A stretch of 64,000 nucleotides of DNA from Nitrosopumilaceae archaeon (GTDB lineage Archaea; Thermoproteota; Nitrososphaeria; Nitrososphaerales; Nitrosopumilaceae). The stretch is from contig CBDBCR010000003.1 in NCBI GenBank assembly GCA_965203465.1, positions 800,001-864,000 of the forward strand, in the 5' to 3' direction. This document shows positions 39,527-49,788 of this stretch, in pieces. The position numbers and the translations under genes were made by a program. A model generated the notes under the pieces. The model did not search any database, was not told where the DNA came from, and worked only from the letters and a program-made list of their open reading frames with translations. How positions within the stretch are numbered: position 1 is the first letter of the stretch; each line of letters opens with the position of its first letter.

Positions 39527-39610
39527 CGCCTGCTGCGCCCGCGGTTTTTCCGCCCGCTCGATACGCGACACCTGTAGTCAAACCGCTACGCGCCCGCCGT
39601 CGGGTTCGAG

Positions 39611-39866
39611 CTAGGAGCCGGAACCCGCGCCCGAACGGCCCGCGTCGTCGATCTGTGGATCGGCCCGGGCGCCCGTCTCTGACCTGCGCAGCTCCGCGGT
39701 GACCGCCTCCTGTACCTCGAGGGGGAGATCTGCGGAGCGGAACATGGCGGTCTTGAGCCCGAGTATCACGTCGTGAACCGACAGGTATTCGTTTTCCACG
39801 CGCGGCGCGAACGTGTTTTTGAACGTGCGCTCAGGCGCGTCTTGGACAGCCACGCTCTGCCCCCAT
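39611..39866 (-). CDS. Small hypothetical protein (start uncertain)
   Basis: A TATA-like GTATAAAG lies upstream of ATG 39866, which is one base out of frame at a G5 run. Confidence 0.3.
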
Positions 39867-40159
39867 GGTCGGCGGTTGCCCCGCCGCCCTTTATACATCA
39901 AAGCTTCGTTTCCGCCCGTTCCTGACACGATCGGCGGGATCGTGCAATCCGTCTGCCAGGAGCGCCGGCCCGCGCAGTCTAGAAGCCGAACCGCCCCTGC
40001 GCGCAGGATCGCGCGCGGCGTGCGCGCCGACGCCGTCGGCGCGGCCGGCGGGGCGCCGGGCGCCTCAGCGGCCCGGCGCGGAACCGGGCCGGGCGCGGCC
40101 GCCTTTCGGATCCCGCGGCCCGGCTAGGGTTTTTATTCAAACGCGCACACTAGCATACG

Positions 40160-40966
40160 GTGAAGCTCGAGCGCGTGGCCATAGTCAGCAAGGTCGGCTC
40201 GGCCGAGGCCGAAAGGGCCGCGGCCGGCCTGGCCCGCGAGTTTTCCGGCAGGGTGTACACCGTCGAGCCCGTCTCGGTGCACGGCGCCGAGAGCGTCGGG
40301 ACCCTCGGCGAGCTGCGCGGCGAAAACTTGGATCTGGTGGTCACGCTAGGCGGCGACGGCACGACGCTGCGCGCGTTCCGCGAGCTGGACGACGAGACGC
40401 CGCTACTCACCGTCAACGTCGGGGGCAACCGCGGCATACTCGCAGAGATCACACCAGAGCAGGTCGGCTCTGCCATAAAGCAGATGGCCTCGGGCGACGT
40501 AATACTGGAAAAGCGCACCAGGGTCTCGGCGGTCCACAAGAAAGAGAGGTACCCGCCGGCGCTCAACGAGATATACATCTGCAGGCGCAACATGACCAGG
40601 ACCGCCGAGATGGAGATACGCTTCCAGAACGACACCGTCAGGCAAAAGATGGACGGGGTCATAGTGGCCACCCCGAGCGGCTCGACGGGCCACTCGTTCT
40701 CGCTGGGCGGGCCCGTACTCCACGAGAGCCTCGACGTGCTGATAATAACGCCGGTGGCCCCCGTGTACCGGCTGGCCTCGATGGTCGTCCCCGACGAGGA
40801 GATCCAGCTGAGCTGCTCGCACGACTACAACATCGTCATGGACGCGCAGGTGGTCAAGGAGGCCGGCTACGAAGACGGCGTGACCATCAAAAAGCACCCC
40901 AGGCACGCGGTCTTTGTCAGGCTCAAGCGGCGCGGCCTGCGGCAGATGAGCAGGCTTGGCTTCTGA
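40160..40966 (+). CDS. nadK: NAD kinase
   Basis: LGGDGT, LNE and ATPSGSTGHSFSLGG motifs. Confidence 0.93.
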   Translation: MKLERVAIVSKVGSAEAERAAAGLAREFSGRVYTVEPVSVHGAESVGTLGELRGENLDLVVTLGGDGTTLRAFRELDDETPLLTVNVGGNRGILAEITPEQVGSAIKQMASGDVILEKRTRVSAVHKKERYPPALNEIYICRRNMTRTAEMEIRFQNDTVRQKMDGVIVATPSGSTGHSFSLGGPVLHESLDVLIITPVAPVYRLASMVVPDEEIQLSCSHDYNIVMDAQVVKEAGYEDGVTIKKHPRHAVFVRLKRRGLRQMSRLGF

Positions 40967-41420
40967 CGTGCTCGACGCCAGCGCGTTCTACGCGGGCGCC
41001 CCGTTCGCCTCGGCCGGCCCGTGGCAGACCACCCCGGAGGTGATAGACGAGGTGCGCCACATCAGGGCCGCCGAGGGGCTGGTCGATACGATGGTCGAGA
41101 CGGGCCGCATACGCGTGCGCCGGCCCGGCGAGCAGAGCTCGGCCAGGGTGGCCGAGGCGCTCGGGCGCACCGGCGACGAGGTCTCCGGGGCCGACGCCTC
41201 GGTCCTGGCGCTGGCCCTCGAGACCGATTCGAGGATACTGACCGACGACTACGCCGTCTCCAACGCGGCCGCGGAGCTGGGCGTGCGCCCGGTCCCGCTC
41301 ATGACCTCGGGGCCGCGCCGGCGCCGCGCGTGGAGGCGCGCCTGCCCGAGCTGCGGGCGGCCCGCGCGCGGGCCACAGTGCCCCGACTGCGGCTCGCCCA
41401 CCCGAAGGAGCTGGAGCTAG
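40956..41420 (+). CDS. Nob1-like PIN endonuclease with Zn ribbon
   Basis: VLDASAF, SGAD, TDDYAVSN, and CPSC...CPDCG. Confidence 0.85.
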   Translation: MASDVLDASAFYAGAPFASAGPWQTTPEVIDEVRHIRAAEGLVDTMVETGRIRVRRPGEQSSARVAEALGRTGDEVSGADASVLALALETDSRILTDDYAVSNAAAELGVRPVPLMTSGPRRRRAWRRACPSCGRPARGPQCPDCGSPTRRSWS

Positions 41421-42094
41421 GAATCCAGGGTTTCCTGGTCGGGCAGCCGGCGGCGCGAGCCGGGCCCGACTACCTTGCGTATGCGCTCGGCGCGCGCCCT
41501 GCCAAGGCCGGGCACCTTGGAGAGATCCGAGGCCGGCGCCCCAAGGGCCGCCGACGGCGTGCCGAACTTGTCGAGCATCCTGCCGGCCAGCTTTGGGCCC
41601 ACGCCCGGCAGCGCCGAGAGCAGCGAGAGCTGCTGCTCGTGCAGGCCCGACGGCTTTTTGATCTTTTTGATGAACGGCCCGCTGCCGGGCCCGCGCGAGG
41701 AGCACATGGCCGCCAGCAGCACCGCCGTGTGCGAGGCGCTGGCCGTGGGCAGGACCGGTATCCCGAAGCCCAGCGATACCGAGCAGAGCGCCCCGTAGAA
41801 GACGAACGGGTTGTCCACTATGCGGCCCAGCTCGTCCAGGTCCCCCTCCACGAGCAGCACGGGCCGCTCGTAGTTTGCGCGCATGGCCTCGCACTGCCCC
41901 GGCAGCCTGCCGTCGAAGACGGAGGCCACCAGATCCTTGACGGTCTTGCGCTCGACGGCGGTGCCGGGCCCCACGATGTAGTCTGCCACGGGCAGCATCT
42001 TGGTTTCCGTGGCGAGGCCCGCCTTCGAGAGCAGCTGCGGTATGCCGCTCTTGCGCTCGCGCTCGTCTATGACGATGCGCCTGGGCGCCATCAC
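41417..42094 (-). CDS. xpf: XPF/ERCC4 nuclease with HhH motifs
   Basis: IDERE, ADYIV, VERKTVKD and LPGVG motifs. Confidence 0.9.
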   Translation of the reverse strand: MMAPRRIVIDERERKSGIPQLLSKAGLATETKMLPVADYIVGPGTAVERKTVKDLVASVFDGRLPGQCEAMRANYERPVLLVEGDLDELGRIVDNPFVFYGALCSVSLGFGIPVLPTASASHTAVLLAAMCSSRGPGSGPFIKKIKKPSGLHEQQLSLLSALPGVGPKLAGRMLDKFGTPSAALGAPASDLSKVPGLGRARAERIRKVVGPGSRRRLPDQETLDS

Positions 42095-42429
42095 TGCCTT
42101 GCCAGCTCGCGCGCCTTGGCCTCGTACTCTTGGAGGCTCTCCTTGACGCGGGCCTCCTGCTTTTCGAGGACGGCGGCCTTTGTCTTTGCCAGCGCCTGCA
42201 GCTCTTCGAGGTCGTCCTGGAGCTTTTTCCTGTCCGACTTTACCAGTATCTGGCCGGCCTGCCTGTACACGTCGCCCTCGCCGCCCGAGCGCAGCTCTTC
42301 GAGGGCGCGCTCGGTCTCGGACTGCTCGGCCGCGAGCTGTTGCTTTTGGTACGCGATGACCTCCATGTTCTGCCTGGCCTGCTGCATCTTCAGCAGGTGG
42401 TCTTGCAGCTGGCCGGGGGGCTGGGACAC
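42091..42429 (-). CDS. pfdB: Prefoldin beta subunit
   Basis: Coiled coil with VYRQAGQILVK hairpin; GTG start. Confidence 0.88.
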   Translation of the reverse strand: MSQPPGQLQDHLLKMQQARQNMEVIAYQKQQLAAEQSETERALEELRSGGEGDVYRQAGQILVKSDRKKLQDDLEELQALAKTKAAVLEKQEARVKESLQEYEAKARELARQ

Positions 42430-42462
42430 GCGCGCGGGGCCGCCGGTTTTCTTAATATACCT

Positions 42463-42966
42463 ATGGCCCGGGCGCGGGGCGTGAAAGGCCGCCGCGCGTT
42501 CCGGTTCTGGTTCTACCTGAGGCAGGGCTGGAGCACGTACGTGGCCTTCGCGGTCACCATGGTCAACACGGTCACCCTCACCTACTACCTGGCGGTGGAA
42601 AACTACCCGGCCCTCGGCGCCCTGTTCCCCTCGTTCGGCCAGTACGCGCTGACCGTCGTGGCGGCGACGGTCCCGCTCGTAGCGCTGGTCGGCTACATAC
42701 ACTACAAAAAGAGCAGCTCGTTCCGCTCGGACATGGACGTCATCGTGGAATCGAACCCGTACGCCAGCCGCGTGCAGAAGAACAGCGAGACGGTGCTGGG
42801 CCTCAACCTCGAGATACTGCGCCTGGTGGCCAGGATGTCCGAGGGGGGCCGCGTCACCGAGGAGGAGAGGGCGCGCATCGCCCGCATCCAGTCCGAGCTG
42901 GAAAAGTACATGAAGGAGAGGCCCGAGGACATCAAGAGCATGTCGACGGTGTTCGACGAGCGCTAG
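42463..42966 (+). CDS. Membrane hypothetical protein
   Basis: FRFWFYLRQGWSTY followed by 2 TM segments; host codon bias. Confidence 0.7.
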   Translation: MARARGVKGRRAFRFWFYLRQGWSTYVAFAVTMVNTVTLTYYLAVENYPALGALFPSFGQYALTVVAATVPLVALVGYIHYKKSSSFRSDMDVIVESNPYASRVQKNSETVLGLNLEILRLVARMSEGGRVTEEERARIARIQSELEKYMKERPEDIKSMSTVFDER

Positions 42967-43604
42967 ACGAGCTCGACTGTCACCTGCGAGCCGTCCGAGA
43001 TGCCGGCGGCCCTGCGTATGTTCGATTCGGATATGAGCTCCAGTATGGAGGAATCGTGGTGCGTGCGCTCGGGCCTGATGACGTGCGAGGCTATCCCGTT
43101 GGCCCTCGCCCCGACGCACCGCACCGGGCCGTAGGTGCGGCGCCCGTCCGAAAAGCCGTCTATCAGGGCGCCGCCCGAATCGAGGCCGGGCTGTTCCGAG
43201 CCCGGCTCGAGGCGCACGTTGAGGGTCCCCGGAAAGGGCACGTACCCGATGCGCTCGCGGAACTGCCTCGTGTAGCCGGGCAGCGCCATGTAGTAGGCGC
43301 CCTCGCCCATGCCCGAGACCAGCGTCCCGCGCACGGCCCGCCTGAGCCCCAGGCCGGCGCCCAGCCTGCCGTGCAGCTCTTCGAGCCTGCGCCGGCCCGC
43401 CGCGGTCACGCGCACCGAGTTGCCCCGCGCCCCCGGCGCGCGCTCCACCAGGCCCCGCTCCTGCAGCTCGCGCAGCAGGCGCGAGGCCGCCTGCTGCGAG
43501 CGCGAGACGGCGGCCCCCAGATCCGAAGTGGTTATGGCCACGAAGCGGCCGCCGGCGCCCATCGAGAGCAGGTGCGAGAGTGCCAGCGCGTGCGGCAGGT
43601 CCAT
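42963..43604 (-). CDS. ribK: CTP-dependent riboflavin kinase with N-terminal wHTH
   Basis: SQQAASR HTH, VSGMGEGAYY, PFPGTLNV and PERTHH motifs. Confidence 0.9.
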   Translation of the reverse strand: MDLPHALALSHLLSMGAGGRFVAITTSDLGAAVSRSQQAASRLLRELQERGLVERAPGARGNSVRVTAAGRRRLEELHGRLGAGLGLRRAVRGTLVSGMGEGAYYMALPGYTRQFRERIGYVPFPGTLNVRLEPGSEQPGLDSGGALIDGFSDGRRTYGPVRCVGARANGIASHVIRPERTHHDSSILELISESNIRRAAGISDGSQVTVELV

Positions 43605-43606
43605 GG

Positions 43607-44749
43607 CTAGGCTATGCCCAGATCCTTGAACGTGCGCAGCGTGGCCCCGTTGGCCTTTGTCAGCTTTGCCACGCGGTGGCCCACGACGAACTCGGCGCCG
43701 GCCCTGCGCGCCGCGTCGAGCAGGCGCTGCGTGACGATGCCGTCCAGAACCAGGTGGCGTATGCCCGACTGCGATGTCAGCTTGCTCACCAGCTCGCTGA
43801 TGGGCGCCTTGAAGACCTCGTTCTGCGAGCCGTCCAGCGCTATGGCCTCGAGCGTCTCGTTGATCTTTGGGTACACGCGCGAGACCAGCTCGGCCAGCGG
43901 CTTGTCCGCGTCGCTGGCGCTCTGCTTGCTGCGCCCGCGCCTGCCTATCTCGTCGGCGACCGGCTTTAGTATCTCGTCTACGCGCTGCGGGGTGAGCTCC
44001 TCGACCTCGACGCCGGTGTCGGCGCGCAGCTCGACGTCGACGCGCACCACCGACTTTAGCTCCTTGAGTATGAAGCCGCCGGAGCGGTCGCCGTCCATGA
44101 ACGCCACGACGGTCTCTTTCTTGCCGCAGATGGACTTTATCGACTCGTCTATGGTGGCCCCGTTGATGGCCAGCGCGTTGTCGTAGCCGGCGCGAAGCAG
44201 GTTGATGATGTCCGCGCGCCCCTCCACCAGTATTATCCACGGCGATTCGTATATGCCCCTGCTGCACGGGAGCTTTGAGGGGCCGTACGACTCCACCTTG
44301 CTGCCGTGGCCCGCGTGTATGTCGCGCAGCATCGTCTCGCCCTCGCTGGCGGTCTTTGTGGCCCAGCCCTGCTTGATCTCCTTGGCGCGCTTTAGTATCT
44401 CGCTCTTTTTGGCCGCGCGCACGTCGTCGATGGACTGGAGGCGGAACTCGCAGTCGAAGGCGCCGACCTTGTCGATGGACTCGATGGCCGCCGCTATCAG
44501 CGAGCACGTGTCGATGTCGGTGCTCATCGGTACCAGTACCGTGCCGTCGGTGGTCTTTGAGGTGTTGGACCTCTCGACCTTGATCCGGCCTATCTTGGAG
44601 ACCTTTTGAAGCTCGTTGAGGTTCATCTCGGGGCCTAGCAGGCCCTCGGTCTGCCCGAAGATCGCGCCGATTATGTCGGTCGGCTCGACTAGGCCGTCAA
44701 TCTTGTACGAAAGCCGGACATGGTACTTTACGATTCCAGACTGGGGCAT
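43607..44749 (-). CDS. dnaG: Archaeal DnaG-like protein
   Basis: IIGAIFGQTEGLLG, VEGRADIINL and DGDRSG motifs. Confidence 0.95.
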   Translation of the reverse strand: MPQSGIVKYHVRLSYKIDGLVEPTDIIGAIFGQTEGLLGPEMNLNELQKVSKIGRIKVERSNTSKTTDGTVLVPMSTDIDTCSLIAAAIESIDKVGAFDCEFRLQSIDDVRAAKKSEILKRAKEIKQGWATKTASEGETMLRDIHAGHGSKVESYGPSKLPCSRGIYESPWIILVEGRADIINLLRAGYDNALAINGATIDESIKSICGKKETVVAFMDGDRSGGFILKELKSVVRVDVELRADTGVEVEELTPQRVDEILKPVADEIGRRGRSKQSASDADKPLAELVSRVYPKINETLEAIALDGSQNEVFKAPISELVSKLTSQSGIRHLVLDGIVTQRLLDAARRAGAEFVVGHRVAKLTKANGATLRTFKDLGIA

Positions 44750-44978
44750 AACCTCCTCTCTCCTTAATTAACACGGCCGGGCCCCGGCGGGCGGATATAT
44801 GTGCTTAACGGATCCGGGCCCCCGTTCCACGGCCCCGGAAACGGGCCCCCGTGCCTAGGGACGGGGGGCTTGGGCGCGGCCCCGGGAGGGCCGGCCGGGC
44901 GGTGGGTTCCGGCGGGCCGGTCTTTGGGGAGCAGCCGGATCGGGGGATTCGGCGGGCCGCAGGCCCCGGGCTGTCCAG

Positions 44979-45887
44979 TCACCGCTCGAAACTGTCAGTA
45001 ATCTTACCCTGGGTTTCGTACTCGGAACGTATCTCGTCGCATTTGTTCCATAGCGTTCTGACAGCGGCAGGGTCACACTCTCCCGCACGCCTGACAAGAT
45101 CGGCGAATCCGTCCCGTTGGAGCAGAATGCCGAGTACACGCTCGACTCTTTTTTGCAATCTCCCTTTGTGCTTGCGCGATATGATGTTTTGTGGATCGAG
45201 TACTTGTGTGATCTTGGTCGCCGCTCCCAACTCCAAAACCACCACTCGGCTCTTGGAGTCCTTCGATGCGACGCACTGCATGAGAGCTCTCAGGATATGC
45301 GGCACCACAAACTTGTCGTCGTCAGAGGGCGAGAACTTGTAATACGACCTCAAGATCTCCGATCCGTCCAGTGTTATCCGTAGAGACAACTTCTTGTCTA
45401 GCTTGTCCAGTTTGAACGTCCCATGTTTTTGTATGCATGCGCATCCGAATGTTATGAACGGCAGATTCGTGTGCGGGGCGAGGTTGGTATGGTTTTCTTC
45501 TCCGTCCACATAACAAACGTCGTGTTTGAGTTGATTCCGGTCGTGCAGCATCACAAGATTTGCAAGATCGGAAGTTTCGAGGCTTGCGTATCTGCGGTTT
45601 TGGTCTGCGTTTATGTTGTTGCCGCTTTTGCATTCTGCTACCAGCACATGCATATGGCGGTTTGACGCTGCCAGTACGTCTGGATGGACTATGTCTCCGC
45701 TGCGCATACGGATCTCTTGTTCGATCAGCTTTATGCGATACCCGAGATCGTAAAGTGGGTTGGGCCACGGTTTTGGTGTTTTTTTGCCTGCGCTTTGCTT
45801 TTGGCACAAGCAAATGAATTTATTGATCAATATGGTGTGATCACTGTGCAATCTCATCCACCATGGGGCAGTACGTGTCAGCGTCAA
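44979..45887 (-). CDS. Putative PD-(D/E)XK nuclease-domain protein
   Basis: HPDVLAAS...VAECKSG..ADQNRRY motif; low GC. Confidence 0.6.
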   Translation of the reverse strand: MTLTRTAPWWMRLHSDHTILINKFICLCQKQSAGKKTPKPWPNPLYDLGYRIKLIEQEIRMRSGDIVHPDVLAASNRHMHVLVAECKSGNNINADQNRRYASLETSDLANLVMLHDRNQLKHDVCYVDGEENHTNLAPHTNLPFITFGCACIQKHGTFKLDKLDKKLSLRITLDGSEILRSYYKFSPSDDDKFVVPHILRALMQCVASKDSKSRVVVLELGAATKITQVLDPQNIISRKHKGRLQKRVERVLGILLQRDGFADLVRRAGECDPAAVRTLWNKCDEIRSEYETQGKITDSFER

Positions 45888-46941
45888 AATATGCCTGCAG
45901 GTTGGTGAGCAGGCGTAGTATTATGTTGCCGCAGCTTTGTCCAAACAGGTAGACCTGCATCATATCGTGTCCTATCTCAAAGTCGACCGAGCTGCCCGCG
46001 TGAAGATCCACGGCCAGCACCTGGAGGCGCCCGTCGTTCATCTTCTGCCGGAGTCCCCCCAGCTGAAACGGCCTTGTTGCGGAAAAAACTTTGTCTACGA
46101 ACGTGTTCAGATCTTTGATTTCGTTGGGAAAAATGAAGTCGAACGGAGTCCCTTCCAGATCTCCGAGGCCTCCCTGCCACTTGCAGTATATCCTCTCTTT
46201 TTCTACCCCGGCGATTATTTTGGAATACTCTTCTTGGCATTGGTCTACTACATGTAGGTGGTCTTGGACGGAGCTTCCACGGCGAAGCGCGAAATAACCG
46301 TTGTTGTGAACATCGTCATACGCGCGCTGTTCCATGGGACGCCCCGCCCCCCGCATTATCCTCACGTACCTGTAGGCGCTGGCCCTACGCAACGGCTCGT
46401 TGGGTTCCACGATCTCCTCCAGCGAGGCGGCAAGCGATCCGCTGATACTCAGTTTGAGATCCTCCAAATCCTCACGATCCTGCACGAGGTTGGAGTATGA
46501 AAGCCCGAGGCCCCGCAAGCTGTTGCCCTCCATCTTGGCGATGTGCTGCAGCAGGCCACGGTAAAACCAAGCATTGTCAAGGACATGGTTTCTGTGGCCG
46601 ACCATGGTGTCTATTATCTTGCGAACATCAGCTGAACCGTAGTTAGTGTGCAGTTTGAAAAACCTCTTGTCGCTGACATCCAAGAAAAACTTGCACGTTG
46701 CTGTTCCATGATGCACGTTGAGAACCTTCAGGGCCTCCACGCCGGTGCTAGCAACGTCGTACGAGATGTCCCCGAGATTTCCGTCAGGCGGGAACGCCTT
46801 GTCAGACTCTAGTATGAACGTCTTGAGTTCGTTGGGGCGTCCGGCCGCGGTCTCGCCGGGCTCTACCTGCCGTGGGGGCTCCGCCATCTCCTCGAGAGTC
46901 TCCATAAACTCCTTGTTTGACGACACTTGGGTGTATTTCAT
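45841..46941 (-). CDS. Hypothetical protein, partner of the nuclease-like gene
   Basis: 366-aa low-GC ORF overlapping the next gene; C-terminal AVDLHAG...CGNIILRLLTNLQ. Confidence 0.7.
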   Translation of the reverse strand: MKYTQVSSNKEFMETLEEMAEPPRQVEPGETAAGRPNELKTFILESDKAFPPDGNLGDISYDVASTGVEALKVLNVHHGTATCKFFLDVSDKRFFKLHTNYGSADVRKIIDTMVGHRNHVLDNAWFYRGLLQHIAKMEGNSLRGLGLSYSNLVQDREDLEDLKLSISGSLAASLEEIVEPNEPLRRASAYRYVRIMRGAGRPMEQRAYDDVHNNGYFALRRGSSVQDHLHVVDQCQEEYSKIIAGVEKERIYCKWQGGLGDLEGTPFDFIFPNEIKDLNTFVDKVFSATRPFQLGGLRQKMNDGRLQVLAVDLHAGSSVDFEIGHDMMQVYLFGQSCGNIILRLLTNLQAYFDADTYCPMVDEIAQ

Positions 46942-47093
46942 GTCGTCGGCAACGGGGCGGGATTGTTATATACCTATAACCCGGCATGGGCGTGATCCGC
47001 CTTTTCGTGCCCGCGCGGAACCTTGCCGCGCGCGTTTTTGGAACCGCGGCGCAGCGCGCACCCGGGCCGCGCTAAAAAGTGAAAAAAAGCCTG

Positions 47094-47447
47094 CTACTCG
47101 GTGCTGAACGAGCTGCCGCACGAGCAGGACTTTGTGACGTTGGGGTTGTTTATCTTGAAGCCGGACCCCATGAGGCTCTCGACATAGTCGACGTTGGCGC
47201 CCTTTAGGTGGTCTATGCTGTAGCTGTCCACCAAGAGCTTTACCCCCGCCTCTTCCAAGACCAAGTCGTCCTCTTCCGCCTTTTTCTCAAAGCCCATGCC
47301 GTACGAGAGCCCGGAGCACCCGCCGCCCTGCACGTACACGCGCAGGTATTCGGGGTGCTCGGACTCTTCTGCCATGAACTCCTTGATCTTTTCGGCAGCC
47401 TTGGCCGTGACCGTTATGGGCCTGGCCTGTTCCGTCTCTGTCTCCAT
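47094..47447 (-). CDS. HesB/IscA/ErpA Fe-S carrier
   Basis: GGGCSGLSY and CSCGSSF motifs. Confidence 0.95.
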   Translation of the reverse strand: METETEQARPITVTAKAAEKIKEFMAEESEHPEYLRVYVQGGGCSGLSYGMGFEKKAEEDDLVLEEAGVKLLVDSYSIDHLKGANVDYVESLMGSGFKINNPNVTKSCSCGSSFSTE

Positions 47448-47480
47448 GCCCCCGAGCTCGCGATTTTGCTATAATAGTCT

Positions 47481-48242
47481 TTATTTCTTGGACTTTTCCA
47501 GGAACCGGGCCATCATCTCCTGGCGGTCCTTGTGCGTGAAGCAGTTGCGCCAGGCCAGCAGCTCTATCGAGAGGCCCGTGTCCAGGTCGGCGTTGCGCCC
47601 CTTGTTGATGGCCGTCTTTGACATGCGCACGCCCATCACAGAGTTTGCCGCTATCTGCGAGGCCATCTTGCCGGCCTCCTCCATCAAGGAATCGGGCGAG
47701 ACCACCCTGTTGACCAGCCCTATGCGCAGCGCCTCGTCCGCCGGTATCATGTTGCCCCTGTACACCAGCTCTTTGGCGTTGGCCACGCCGACTATCCTCA
47801 TCAGGCGCTGCGTGCCGCCCCAGCCGGGCGGTATCCCGATGGTCACCTCGGGCTGGCCCATCCGGGCCGTGTCGGCGGCTATGCGTATGTCGCAGGCCAG
47901 GGCCAGCTCGCAGCCGCCGCCGAGGGCGAAGCCGTTTATGGCCGCGATCGTCGGGTGCCTGACCAGCTCGACGGTCGAGGTGAGCTTCTGGCCCAATTTC
48001 GCGTACTCCACCGATTCTTCGGGGCTTATCTTGGACATGTACGAAATGTCGGCCCCCGCCGAGAACGCCTTGGTCCCCTCGCCGGTCAGTATCACGGCGC
48101 GCAGGCCGTCGTCGTGGTCCAGGTCCTCAAAGACCGATATCAGCTCGCGCGCCACGTCGGTGTTCATGGCGTTGAGCTTGTCGGGTCGGTTTATCTTTAC
48201 GGTGCAGACGCCCTCCGACTTTGAGACGGCCACCATGCTCAT
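47481..48242 (-). CDS. Enoyl-CoA hydratase (probable 3-hydroxypropionyl-CoA dehydratase / crotonyl-CoA hydratase)
   Basis: [15 protein letters not shown] and [19 protein letters not shown]. The pathway role is inferred from the taxon. Confidence 0.88.
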   Translation of the reverse strand: MSMVAVSKSEGVCTVKINRPDKLNAMNTDVARELISVFEDLDHDDGLRAVILTGEGTKAFSAGADISYMSKISPEESVEYAKLGQKLTSTVELVRHPTIAAINGFALGGGCELALACDIRIAADTARMGQPEVTIGIPPGWGGTQRLMRIVGVANAKELVYRGNMIPADEALRIGLVNRVVSPDSLMEEAGKMASQIAANSVMGVRMSKTAINKGRNADLDTGLSIELLAWRNCFTHKDRQEMMARFLEKSKK

Positions 48243-48267
48243 GCCGGCCGGCCCCGCGGCGCCCGAA

Positions 48268-48747
48268 TTAAATGCTGCGGATCAGGTGCGAAAAGGGCTC
48301 GTCGGGCCCCACCCGGACCCCCTTGAGGCCGGCGCGGCGCGCCGCCTCCATGTCCGAATCGCTGTCGCCGACCAGCCACGAAGAGGCCGCGTCGATGTCC
48401 AGGTCCCGCACCGCCGCGTCTATGAGGGCCGTGCCCGGCTTGCGGCAGGCGCACCCCTCGGCGGGGGCGTGCGTGCAGCAGTATATGGCGTCCAGGCGGG
48501 CGCCGGCGCGGGCGAGCTCGGCCTCCATGCGCGAGTGCACCAGGTCCAGCCGCTCCCTGCTCATCAGGCCCCTGCCCACGGCCGACTGGTTGGTCACGGC
48601 CACGACCACGCACCCGCGCGAGCGGGCTATGTGCATGGCGCGCACCGCGTCCTCGAGCACCTCGAGGTCGCCGGGATCGGTCACGTACCCGTCCCTCTTG
48701 CGGTTTATCACCCCGTCCCTGTCCAAGAACAGCGCCTTGCGTCCCAC
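48268..48747 (-). CDS. GmhB/HisB-like HAD phosphatase
   Basis: [21 protein letters not shown] and VGDSDSD motifs. Confidence 0.9.
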   Translation of the reverse strand: MGRKALFLDRDGVINRKRDGYVTDPGDLEVLEDAVRAMHIARSRGCVVVAVTNQSAVGRGLMSRERLDLVHSRMEAELARAGARLDAIYCCTHAPAEGCACRKPGTALIDAAVRDLDIDAASSWLVGDSDSDMEAARRAGLKGVRVGPDEPFSHLIRSI

Positions 48748-48778
48748 GGCCCGCTCCCCCCGCCCCGGCCTAAAACCC

Positions 48779-49627
48779 TTACCTGCGCGCCTCTGCCAGC
48801 GCGTACTCTACCATGCGGCGGGGTATGTTGGCCCCCGAGACGCTGGCGAGGCCCCGGAATTCCACCGTGTTGTTGACCTCGTGGACCACCAGCCCGCGCC
48901 CGGCGTCCTCCATCATGTCCACGCCCAGTATCCCGCCGCCGGCGGCCTCCGAGGCGCGGGCCGCGAGTTCGGCAAGCTCCGCCGAGATCTCGCATTTTTC
49001 GGGCTCGGCGCCCAGCGAGACGTTGGAGGCGAAGCCGTCGGACCTGCGGTACATGGCCGCCACGGCCGAGCCGCCCACCGTCAGCACCCGTATGTCGCGC
49101 GGCGGCCGCTCGACCAGCTCCTGCAGGTAGTATACGCGGTCGTATGCGCCGTCGCGCACGCCGCGCATCTCGAAAGCCGCCTCGGCGGTCTGCTCGTCGC
49201 GCAGCGGCACGATGCCCCGCCCCCAGCTCCCGACGACCGGCTTTAGGACCAGCGGGCCGTCGAGGCACGCGCGAGCCGATTCGGGGGTGAACGCCAGGCG
49301 CGTGGCCGGCGTCGGCACGCCGCGCTTTTTGAGGGCCAGCGACATGAACGCCTTGTTGCCGCACCGCGAGGCCGTCTCGAGCGTGTTGACCACCGGCACG
49401 CCGAGGAACTCGAGGCACGCGGTCACGTGCAGCCCGCGGATGTAGCTGACGCACCTCTCCAGGACCGCGTCGCCCAAGTCCAGATCGGCCCTGCGCGCCT
49501 CTGTCCCCAGCACCAGTTTTTTTGCGTCCACGAGGGCCGCATCGCAGCCGGCCGCCGAGGCCTCCTTTAGCAGCTCTTTTTCCTCCAGCCGCAGCCGGTC
49601 GAAGACGATCCGGAGGGCCGGCATCAC
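48779..49627 (-). CDS. lysX: LysX/ArgX ATP-grasp LysW ligase
   Basis: KPVVGSWGR and HEVNNTVEFRG motifs; follows lysW. Confidence 0.92.
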   Translation of the reverse strand: MMPALRIVFDRLRLEEKELLKEASAAGCDAALVDAKKLVLGTEARRADLDLGDAVLERCVSYIRGLHVTACLEFLGVPVVNTLETASRCGNKAFMSLALKKRGVPTPATRLAFTPESARACLDGPLVLKPVVGSWGRGIVPLRDEQTAEAAFEMRGVRDGAYDRVYYLQELVERPPRDIRVLTVGGSAVAAMYRRSDGFASNVSLGAEPEKCEISAELAELAARASEAAGGGILGVDMMEDAGRGLVVHEVNNTVEFRGLASVSGANIPRRMVEYALAEARR

Positions 49628-49788
49628 TCTCCCCAGTCTTCGCCTACCTTTTCGGCCCTCTTGAGCCCGAGGGCCTGCCCGTCCATGGCCACCTCAAAGT
49701 CCGAGCCGCAGTCGGGGCACGAGACCAGCTCGCCCTCCTGCGCGTCCTGCGGCACGGACAGCTGCGCCTCGCACTCTGGGCAGTTCAT
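49624..49788 (-). CDS. lysW: Amino-group carrier protein LysW (not in the ORF track)
   Basis: MNCPECEAQL...CPDCG...KVGEDWGE, 54 aa. Confidence 0.95.
   Translation of the reverse strand: MNCPECEAQLSVPQDAQEGELVSCPDCGSDFEVAMDGQALGLKRAEKVGEDWGE

Noticed and set aside
44765-44978. SRP RNA or another ncRNA (GGGAGCAGCC and several GC hairpins)
   Set aside because: It lacks the CAGG..GNRA part of helix 8 and the space is short for archaeal SRP RNA. An Rfam search would be needed.
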